A program made the position numbers and the translations under genes. DNA of 10,660 nt from Octopus sinensis (Eukaryota), in contig NW_021827366.1 of assembly GCF_006345805.1 (NCBI RefSeq), positions 1 to 10,660 on the forward strand, read 5' to 3'. Under the pieces are notes generated by a model, which ran no database searches, had not been told where the DNA came from, and saw only the letters and a program-made list of their open reading frames with translations. Of the stretch, positions 1 through 7,620 are shown piece after piece; position 1 is the first letter of the stretch; each line of letters begins with the position of its first letter.

Positions 1-113
1 ATGGCCTTACTACTAAGAAAGGAATGTTCTCAAGAAAAATTTTGCAAATGCCAGAACATAATGGTGTTTGCTATATTTTCTTGAGAACATTCCTTTCTTA
101 GTAGTAAGGCCAT
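1..113. repeat. Long inverted repeat (38-bp perfect arms plus a 10-bp inner stem); foldback/hairpin element
   Basis: 1-38 (ATGGCC...CAAGAAAA) is the exact reverse complement of 76-113. Inner stem 44-53/62-71 pairs fully with two G-U wobbles around an 8-nt loop. The arms may extend beyond the window start. Confidence 0.9.
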
Positions 114-329
114 AGGAGGTTGACTTCTAGCATAATGGATGTCCACTTAGTGGTCACCCCTCTTATATGTATGTAATATAATTTTTCTGAATCTTCAGAT
201 TTTTCTATATGCTAGACCACTGGTTTTAAATTGATATTAATCAAATTAATATTCAATTTTTCACCCTTGTTATTTTAAACTTATATATATATTAGCCACT
301 ACACACATTTTTTCTCTCCTTGTTTTTTC

Positions 330-468
330 TGTGTCCTTTTCTGTAGAAGAGCGTAGGCTCGAAATGTAAAAGACTTTTTCTATTCCTGAGCGTTATACTA
401 ATACAGCTGTTTGTTTTGTACACCACCTGTCTTCGTCTTTTGTTGTTTTCATAAACTTTCCCTAGATA
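330..468 (+). mobile_element. Penelope-like (PLE) terminal repeat fragment with a hammerhead-like motif
   Basis: GAGC-GTAG-GCTC-GAAA stem followed by TGTA-AAAGAC resembles the minimal hammerhead arrangement of PLE ends. The family assignment is from recall; only one copy is in the window. Confidence 0.4.
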
Positions 469-472
469 TATA

Positions 473-767
473 TCATCATCATCATCATCATCATCATTTA
501 GCGTCCGTTTTCCATGCTAGCATGGGTTGGACGGTTCTACTGGGGTCTGTGAAGCCAGAAGGCTTCATCAGGCCCAGTCAAATCTGGCAGTGTTTCTACG
601 GCTGGATGCCCTTCCTAACGCCAACCACTCCGTGAGTGTAGTGGGTGCTTTTTACGTGCCACCCGCACTGGTGCCAGACAGAGCTGGCAAACGGCCACGA
701 ACGGATGGTGCTTTTTATGTGCCACCGGCACGAGGGCCAGGCGAGGCTGGCAACGGACACGAAACGG
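473..767 (-). mobile_element. Retroposon 3' segment with (GAT)n tail (family D; SINE or truncated LINE)
   Basis: Reverse complement matches 5490-5897 (GGCGTTAGGAAGGGCATCCAGC...CCAACCCATGCYAGCATGGAAA...(GAT)n) and carries GGTGGCACRTAAAAAGCACC modules. Confidence 0.8.
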
Positions 768-927
768 ATACAACATGCTTCTTTCAGATTCTACCTACCA
801 AATTTGCTCACAAGGGTTTGGTCGGCCCGAGGCTATGACAGAAGATACTTGCCCAAGGTGTCATGCAATGGGGCTGAATCCAGAACCATGTGGTTGGGAA
901 GCAAGCTACTTACTACACGGCCACTCC
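768..927 (-). mobile_element. tRNA-derived SINE family A, diverged 5' half
   Basis: Reverse complement aligns, at roughly 80% identity by eye, to the head and central domain of 969-1130. Confidence 0.85.
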
Positions 928-968
928 AATGTACAAATCATTATAAAAAAATTTTTTTTTAAATCAAA

Positions 969-1130
969 GGCGCAGGAGTGGCTGTGTGGTAAGTAGCTTG
1001 CTAACCAACCACATGATTCCGGGTTCAGTCCCACTGTGTGGCATCTTGGGCAAGTGTCTTCTGCTATAGCACCGGGCTGACCAATGCCTTGTGAGTGGAT
1101 TTGGTAGACGGAAACTGAAAGAAGCCTGTC

Positions 1131-1171
<41 letters not shown>

Positions 1172-1397
1172 GTGTGTTTGTGTGTGTGTGTTTGTCCCCC
1201 TAGCATTGCTTGACAACCGATGCTGGTGTGTTTACGTCCCCGTCGCTTAGCGGCTCGGCAAATGAGACCGATAGAATAAGTACTGGGCTTACAAAGAATA
1301 AGTCCTGGGGTCGATTTGCTCGACTAAAGGCGGTGCTCCAGCATGGCCGCAGTCAAATGACTGAAACAAGTAAAAGAGTAAAGAGTAAAGAGTAAAG
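969..1397 (+). mobile_element. tRNA-derived SINE family A, full length
   Basis: A-box-like TGGCTGTGTGG, B-box-like GGTTCAGTCCC, central domain CCTTGTGAGTGGATTTGGTAGACGGAAACTGAAAGAAG, internal (TA)n/(TG)n and an (AGAGTAA)n tail. Three other copies occur in the window. Confidence 0.92.
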
Positions 1398-1689
1398 TAA
1401 TGATTTTCCACTATTTTTATTAATTTTCAGAAAATAGTTGGAAAATTCAATCCTACCAAAGTGGGGCATAAACAAAAATATTGATTCATATGGTTCACAT
1501 AAAAGCTATAAAGACACCAATTTTGTTTGAATATCATGCAGTGTGAAATATTTCATAGCAACACAATATCAACATATATTAAGATCCTTAATTTATCAGG
1601 TGATCTTCAGCATCGGACAGGTGTTACTGATATTGTCAATATAGACAAGAGTTATCAGGCCAAGTGAAATCAGAGTCGCGGACAGCGCT

Positions 1690-1864
1690 GGTGACACATA
1701 AAAGGCACCTGTGACGGTGATACATAAAAGGCACCCGTGATGGTGACACAAAAGGCACCTGTGAAGGTGACACATAAAAAGCACCTGTGATGGTGACACA
1801 TAAATAGCACCTGTGCAGGTGATACATGAGAGACATCCGTGCTGGTGACAGGTAAAAGGTACCC
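1690..1864 (+). repeat. 26-bp minisatellite, about 7 copies (GGTGACACATAAAAGGCACCTGTGAN)
   Basis: Units start at 1690, 1716, 1742, 1766, 1792, 1818 and 1844. The motif is shared with family D modules. Confidence 0.9.
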
Positions 1865-2057
1865 AGTTTCCTGGTTTCTATGGTGTGTAAATTCCCCAAC
1901 TGGACGGGACACTGGTCCATCACTGGGTTACTTGTTTTTGCCAGCTGAGTGGACTGGAGCAATGTGAAAGGAAGTACTTTGCTCAAGAACATAACACATC
2001 ACCCGGTCCAGGGATTGAAACCACGACCTTACAATCACAAGACCAATACCCTAACAA
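1865..2057 (-). mobile_element. tRNA-derived SINE fragment (separate family), head interrupted by the TTAA MITE
   Basis: B-box-like GGTTTCAATCC on the minus strand (plus strand GGATTGAAACC). The sequence stops abruptly at the TTAA at 2058. Confidence 0.6.
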
Positions 2058-2696
2058 TTAACCCTTTTGTTACCATATTTCTGTTGAGATGTTCTGTGTT
2101 TCTTTCAATTAATTTTAAATATAACAAAGAATTTAGTAAAATAATTAAAGCTAGTGTTAGGAACATAAATTGTGACTAAGGTTTGGTGGAAGATTTTAAT
2201 TCAGAACTTATGAAAACAAGACATTCGTACTACAGTGCCAGAGGTGGTTTCAGCCGGGTTGGTATCAAAAGGGTTAAAAATATCATGGTGACTTGAACCC
2301 TTTTGTTACCATATTTCTGTTGAGATGTTCTGTGTTTCTTTCAATTAATTTTAAATATAACAAAGAATTTAGTAAAATAAGTTAATTATAATTAAAGCTA
2401 GTGTTTGGAACATAAATTGTGACTAAGGTTTGGTGGAAGATTTTAATTCAAAACTTATGAAAACAAGACATTTGTACTACAGTGCCAGAGGTGGTTTCAG
2501 CCCAGTTGGTATCAAAAGGGTTAAAAATATCATGGTGACTTTAACCCTTTTGTTACCATATTTCTGTTGAGATGTTCTGTGTTTCTTTCAATTAATTTTA
2601 AATATAACAAAGAATTTAGTAAAATAACTTAGTTATCGTTAAGCCAGTGTTAGGAACATAAATTGTGACTAAAGTTTGATGGGAGATTCTAAATTC
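2058..2696. mobile_element. piggyBac-like non-autonomous MITE, tandem array: two complete copies (2062-2273, 2298-2520) and one truncated copy (2545-~2696)
   Basis: 14-bp TIRs CCCTTTTGTTACCA / TGGTATCAAAAGGG (1 mismatch), flanked by TTAA at 2058, 2274, 2521 and 2541 (TGAA at 2294). No transposase ORF. Confidence 0.85.
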
Positions 2697-2857
2697 TGTC
2701 TCTAATTGCCTTCCATAGATAATCCTGTTTATCTAAAGTGCAATCTTTGTGTTTGTCTCAATATTTTAATTACTCTGCTTAAGTCTGTTAATTACTGGCA
2801 TAATTAAGTAATAGCCAAATACATAGACGTCATGACAAGCGGATTTACATCACAAAC

Positions 2858-2930
2858 TGTAGTAGTGGTGGTGACGGTAGTGGTGGTGATGGTAGTAGTA
2901 GTAGTAGTAGTAGTAGCAGCAGTAGCAGTA
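2858..2930. repeat. (TAG/TGG/CAG)n compound microsatellite
   Basis: Direct reading. Confidence 0.9.
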
Positions 2931-2954
2931 CTTTTTTTTTCTAATTTTAGCACA

Positions 2955-3140
2955 AGGCCAGTAATTTTAAGGAGAATTGTAGTCCATTACATCGGTCCCA
3001 GTTCATAACTGGTACTTACTTTATGGACGGAAGAAAAAAGGCTAAGTCCACCTCGGCAGGATTTGAACTCAGAACATAAAGTGGGAGGAAACGCCACTAA
3101 AGCATTTTCGATGAGCCTGCCAAAAATTCTGCCAGGTTTC
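2955..3140 (-). mobile_element. tRNA-derived SINE family B, diverged copy
   Basis: Reverse complement resembles 4825-5040 (CTGAGTTCAAATCCTGCCGAGGTGGACTT...AAGTACCAGT). Confidence 0.7.
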
Positions 3141-3149
3141 CAAGAACCA

Positions 3150-3235
3150 CTCAGGTACAGGGAAGACAATGACACTGACTTACCCCCCTCCCCTCAAAAA
3201 CTACTGGCCCTGCACCAAGATTTGAAAGATTATTG
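3150..3235 (+). mobile_element. SINE family B, 3' fragment
   Basis: CCCCTCAAAAACTACTGGCCCTGCACCAAGATTTGAAAG resembles the 3' ends of the copies at ~5005-5040 and ~6675-6720. Confidence 0.5.
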
Positions 3236-3300
3236 TCTTTACACAGCTTCTAATGCTGGAGATGTACAACGGTGCCAGCTGTTCACTACCAGTGAACTGT

Positions 3301-3689
3301 GGAGGCGCAATGGCCCAGTGGTTAGGGCAGCGGACTCGCGGTCATAGGATCGCGGTTTCGATTCCCAGACCGGGCGTTGTGAGTGTTTATTGAGCGAAAA
3401 CACCTCAAAGCTCCACGAGGCTCCGGCAGGGGATGGTGGTGATCCCTGCTGTACTCTTTCACCACAACTTTCTCTCACTCTTACTTCCTGTTTCTGTTGT
3501 ACCTGTATTTCAACAAGGGCCGGCCTTGTCACTCTCTGTGTCACGCTGAATATCCCGAGAACTACGTTAAGGGTGCACGTGTCTGTGGAGTGCTCAGCCA
3601 CTTACACGTTAATTTCACAAGCAGGCTGTTCCATTGATTCGGATCAACCGGAACCCTCGTCGTCGTAACCGACGGAGTGCTTCCATTCC
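3301..3689 (+). mobile_element. tRNA-derived SINE family C, full length and young, with 11-bp TSD
   Basis: A box TGGCCCAGTGG, B box GTTTCGATTCC, many retained CpGs and a short (TTCCA) tail. Direct repeat ACCAGTGAACT at 3288-3298 and 3690-3700. Confidence 0.9.
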
Positions 3690-3775
3690 ACCAGTGAACT
3701 AAGGTAACTCGCCATATGTTTCAAGCTCCATGCGGAGTATTCCAGCAGATCCAGGATTCTTCTTCATGCTCTTTT

Positions 3776-4158
3776 TTTCTTTACTCTTTTACTTGTTTCA
3801 GTGATTTGACTGCGGCCATGCTGGAGCACCGCCTTTTATCGAGCAACTCGACCCCGGGACTTATTCTTTGTAAGCCCAGTACTTATTCTATAGGTCTCTT
3901 TTGCCGAACCGCTAAGTGATGGGGACATAAACACACCAACATCGGTTGTCAAGCAATGCTAGGGGGACAAACACAGATACACAAATACACACATACATAT
4001 ATACGACGGGCTTCTTTCAGTTTCTGTCTACCAAATCCACTCACAAGGCTTTGGTCGGCCCAAGATGCCACACTTGCCCAAGATGCCACACAGTGGGACT
4101 GAACCCGGAACCATGTGGTTGGTAAACAAGCTACTTACCACACAGCCACTCCTGCACC
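3776..4158 (-). mobile_element. SINE family A, full length
   Basis: Reverse-complement match to 969-1397 over its whole length. A small internal duplication CCAAGATGCCACAC lies at ~4059-4092. Confidence 0.92.
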
Positions 4159-4163
4159 TATAT

Positions 4164-4169
4164 AAAAAA
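4164..4169 (-). terminator. Pol III terminator (T6) of the tRNA-Met gene
   Basis: Six T on the minus strand, 2 nt after the discriminator base. Confidence 0.85.
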
Positions 4170-4171
4170 TC

Positions 4172-4265
4172 TGCCCCAGGTGAGGATCGAACTCATGACC
4201 TTCAGATGGCTCGACGATAACTTTGGATTATGAGACTGACGCGCTGCCTACTGCGCTACCAAGGC
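4172..4265 (-). tRNA. tRNA-Met-CAT: Elongator tRNA-Met(CAT) with a 21-nt intron (exon 1 4265-4229, intron 4228-4208, exon 2 4207-4172); possibly a decaying copy
   Basis: Spliced sequence GCCTTGGTAGCGCAGTAGGCAGCGCGTCAGTCTCATAATCTGAAGGTCATGAGTTCGATCCTCACCTGGGGCA (73 nt) folds as a cloverleaf with intact A and B boxes. Anticodon CAT is at 4232-4230. G1-C72, T54 and the U31:U39 pair are typical of eukaryotic elongator Met rather than initiator. Confidence 0.92.
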
Positions 4266-4280
4266 CTATTATTCTATTAT

Positions 4281-4568
4281 TCTTTTCTTTTTCTTTCATT
4301 TGTTTCAGTCATTTGACTGTGGCCATGCTGGAGCACCACCTTTTTAGTCGAGCAAATCGATTCCAGGATTTATTCTTTGTAAGCCAAGTACTTATTCTAT
4401 CGGTCTCTTTTGCCGAACCGCTAAGTTACAGGGACGTAAACACACCAACATCGGTTGTCAAGCGATGTTGGGCGGGGGACAAACACAGACACGCAAACAC
4501 ATACACACACATACATACATATATATATTATATTATATATATTACATATATAAACGATGATGATGATG

Positions 4569-4615
<47 letters not shown>

Positions 4616-4789
4616 GATATATACATATATACGATGGGCTTCTTTCAGTTTCTGTCTACCAAATCCACTCACAAGGCTTTGGTCGGCCCGAGGCTATAGT
4701 AGAAGACACTTGCCCAAAGTGCCATGCAGTGGGACTGAACCCGGAACCATGTGGTTGGTAAGCAAGCTACTTACCACACAGCCACTCCT
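4281..4789 (-). mobile_element. SINE family A, full length, with expanded internal microsatellite
   Basis: Reverse-complement match to 969-1397; (TA)n, (CA)n and (GAT)n core at 4490-4630. Confidence 0.92.
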
Positions 4790-4824
4790 ATTATTACTAT
4801 TATTATTATTATTATTATTATTAT

Positions 4825-5040
4825 GAAGGCGGTGAGCTGGCAGAATTGTTAGCACGCTGGCTAAATGTTGAGCAGTATTTTTCCCATCACTCCGTTATGA
4901 GCTCAAATTCTGCCAAAGTCGACATTGCCTTTCGTCCTTCTGGAGGTCGATAAATTAAGTACCAGTGAAACACTGGGGTCGATGTAATCAACACTTCCCT
5001 TCCCAACCAAAATTGCTGCCCTTGTGGCAAATTTTGAATC
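4825..5040 (+). mobile_element. tRNA-derived SINE family B
   Basis: GAAGGCGGTGAGCTGGCAGAA...TCAAATTCTGCC...GGTCGATAAATTAAGTACCAGT; matches 5079-5295, 6505-6720 and 6902-7300. Flanked by (ATT)n. Confidence 0.88.
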
Positions 5041-5078
5041 ATTATCGTCATTATTATTAATATAATTATTTTTATAAT

Positions 5079-5295
5079 GAAGGTGGCGAGCTGGCAGAAT
5101 CGTTAGCACGCAGGGCAAAATGCTTAGCGGTATTTTGCCTGTCTTTACTTTCTGGGTTCAAATTTTGGCATGGCTAACTTAGTCTTTCATCCTTTCAGAG
5201 TCAATAAATTAAGTAGCAGTGAAACACTGGGGTCGATGTGATCAACTTTCCCCCTCCCCACAACTTTTAGGCCTTGTGCATTTAGTAGAAAGGTT
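5079..5295 (+). mobile_element. SINE family B
   Basis: Homologous to 4825-5040. Confidence 0.88.
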
Positions 5296-5314
5296 TATAT
5301 TATTATTATTATTA

Positions 5315-5419
5315 TTCGGGGTCGATAAATTAAGTACCAGTTACGTACTGGGGTCGATGTAATCGACTTAATCCGTTTGTCCCCTCTGTGTTTAGCCCCT
5401 TGTGGGTAGTAAAGAAATA
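5315..5419 (+). mobile_element. SINE family B, 5'-truncated young copy
   Basis: Near-identical to 7188-7283; flanked by (ATT)n on both sides. Confidence 0.85.
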
Positions 5420-5449
5420 TATTATTATTATTATTATCATTATTATGCA

Positions 5450-5897
5450 AATCAAGATCAAAATCAAAATGGAAATTGTAGTTCTGACTAGCACCCATGC
5501 TGGTGGCATGTAAAAAGCACCATTCAAGTGTGGATCGATGCTAGTGGCACCTGACTGGCTCCCCATGCCGGTGACATGTAAAAAGCACCAGCCAAACATG
5601 GTCAATGCCAGTACCCCTGCCTCAACTGGCTCCTGTGCGAGTGGCACATAAAAAGCACAATCCGAACGTGGTTGATGCCAGTGCCACCTGACTGGCACCC
5701 TTGTTGGGAGCACATAAAAAGTACCCACTACACACTCAGGGTGCTTGGCGTTAGGAAGGGCATCCAGCTGTAGAAACTTTGCCAGATCAGATTGGAGCCT
5801 GGCTCAGCCTACTGGCTTCCAGTCCCCAGTCAAACCATCCAACCCATGCCAGCATGGAAAGTGGACATTAAACGATGATGATGATGATGATGATGAT
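5450..5897 (+). mobile_element. Family D retroposon with (GAT)n tail
   Basis: Four GGTGGCAYRTAAAAAGCACC-like modules, the conserved GGCGTTAGGAAGGGCATCCAGC block and a (GAT)8 tail. Confidence 0.82.
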
Positions 5898-6450
5898 TAT
5901 CATTATTGAGTGAGAGAGCAGCGCATGCCATCAAAGTGACACTAGGATATGAAGTCCAATAACCCATCATGACTACCCATCTGATAAGGGTACACCAGGC
6001 ACATGCATCACAACCATATGTGCGCAACATGGTGGTCTCATATCAAGATAAACAGCGCATGACCTTGCAGGTGGGTCCCAGTTAGAATTTTCTTCAGGTC
6101 GAGCAGCCCATCCTGCTGAAATAGTCCTTGAATAAGGGTTGTTTAAGGATGTTGAACAAAACACTCATGTTTCCAGAAGTGAATTATCCAGACCCCAAAG
6201 AATTCCTCTCAACTCATAGCTAAGATGCTCCCCCACTACTTCTGCTCGTGATTAGAGATGCACATATCGTCAGCCACTAAGGGACATGCTCAACTGGTTA
6301 AGGTCAAACAACTGACAAGCAAATCTGTGGTATTGAGCACAATATTTGTTGTAGTCCATCTTTTACACCAAGACAAACAATGTACATGATAACACTTCCA
6401 GTCAGTTAAGATCAGAAGCCATGAGAGCCACTGCCTGGTACTGCATCAGG
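5898..6450 (-). mobile_element. Unclassified interspersed repeat (family E) with an (AAT)n tail on the minus strand
   Basis: A ~550-bp complex block bounded by microsatellites, ending CTCTCTCACTCAATAATG on the minus strand. Recognised from recall as an octopus repeat; single copy here. Confidence 0.5.
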
Positions 6451-6452
6451 AC

Positions 6453-6483
<31 letters not shown>

Positions 6484-6504
6484 ATTACTACAACTACTAC
6501 TACT

Positions 6505-6720
6505 AAGGTGGCAAGCTGGCAGAACTGTTAGCACACTTGACAAAATGCTTAGTGGTAGTTCGCTCATCATTATGATTTGAGTTCAAATTCTGCTGAAGTC
6601 GACTTTGCCTTTCATCTTTCAGGGTCAATAAATTAGGTACCAGTAGAGTACCGGAGTCAATGGGATTGACTGTCCCCCTTCCACAAAATCCAGGCCTTGT
6701 ACCTATAGTAGAAAGGATCA
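6505..6720 (+). mobile_element. SINE family B
   Basis: Homologous to 4825-5040; preceded by (ATT)n/(TAC)n. Confidence 0.85.
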
Positions 6721-6769
6721 TTATTATTAAGGTTGTAAACCAGCAGAATCATTAAACAAACAGGGGATT

Positions 6770-6901
6770 GTAAGGAAATATTACCTTACTTGGTAACAGG
6801 TGAAGGTAGGTGACTGGAAAGGCATGCAGCCACAGGAAAAATCTACCTTGACAAATTCCATTCGACACACACGAGCATGGAAAAGTGGACGTAAAATGAT
6901 G
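6770..6901 (+). mobile_element. Degenerate family D-related 3' end
   Basis: GGAAAGGCATGCAGCC...AGCATGGAAAAGTGGACGTAAAATGATG resembles the D tail. Its (GAT)-like tail continues at 7301-7340. Confidence 0.55.
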
Positions 6902-7300
6902 AGGATAGAATCGTTAGCACGGCAGGCGAAATGCTTAGCAGTATTTCGTCTGCGGTTACGTTCTGAGTTCAAATTCCGCCGAGGTCGACTTTGCCTTTCA
7001 TCCTTTCAGGGTCGATTAAATAAGTACCAGTTACGCACTGGGGTTGATATAATTGACTTAATCCCTTTGTCTGTCCTTGTTTGTTCTCTCTGTGTTTAGC
7101 CCCTTGTGGGTAGTAAAGAAATAGGTATTTCGTCTGCTGCTACGTTCTGAGTTCAAATTCCACTGAGGTCAACTTTGCCTTTCATCCTTTCGGGATCGAT
7201 TAAATAAGTACCAGTTACGCACTGGGTCGATATAATCGACTTAATCCGTTTGTCCCCTCTGTGTTTAGCCCCTTGTGTAAAGAAATAGTGTAAAGAAATA
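6902..7300 (+). mobile_element. SINE family B tandem dimer with 11-bp TSD
   Basis: Two B units joined at GTATTTCGTCTG (~7126). Direct repeat GTAAAATGATG at 6891-6901 and 7301-7311. Confidence 0.82.
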
Positions 7301-7489
7301 GTAAAATGATGGGGTGATGAGGCTGATGATGACAATGATGTCAGACGCTCTACCGACTCTGCTAACACTCACAAACCACCGTCGTCATTAACTCCTACAT
7401 AACATCATAGTGAGTTTATAACAGTCAGCAGGCCAGACGTCTAGTACAACAAACAAGAAATCTCAGAAAAGTTTTGTTAGAGAGAGAGA

Positions 7490-7620
7490 GAGAGAGATGA
7501 CGTGAAATACATAAGAAGCACGTAAGGAAAATGGCGTCCACACTGATTCGACGGTTTCTCTCAAGAATGACGTCATTATTTTCATTCGTATGCGTCTGGG
7601 GAAATAATCAGCTGCTTGTC
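7490..7620 (+). promoter_or_regulatory. CpG-rich promoter-like cluster
   Basis: (GA)n upstream, ATGACGTG 7497-7504, YY1/Kozak-like AAAATGGCG 7528-7536, palindromic CRE AATGACGTCATT 7566-7577, Inr-like TCATTC 7582-7587. Confidence 0.55.

Noticed and set aside
229-258. AT-rich imperfect hairpin
   Set aside because: Low complexity and low stability.
411-1395. ORFs of 61-105 aa
   Set aside because: They translate SINE/retroposon sequence and microsatellites (poly-His, YI runs); no protein-like composition.
1403-1446. 15-bp inverted repeat ATTTTCCACTATTTT / AAAATAGTTGGAAAAT
   Set aside because: Short, very AT-rich and bulged; plausible by chance at this base composition.
1431-1460. Possible 30-nt microexon after a good acceptor (TTAATTTTCAG)
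   Set aside because: The donor GTGGGG is weak, all frames hit stops soon after, and there is no supporting context.
1690-1864. CRISPR-like array
   Set aside because: Direct tandem units without unique spacers, eukaryotic context and no cas genes.
3301-3376. tRNA-like sequence as a real tRNA
   Set aside because: A and B boxes are present, but the acceptor and anticodon stems do not pair. It continues into a SINE body bounded by a TSD.
6395-6450. Faint resemblance to 5S rRNA
   Set aside because: Only short scattered matches; no intact internal control region or length match.
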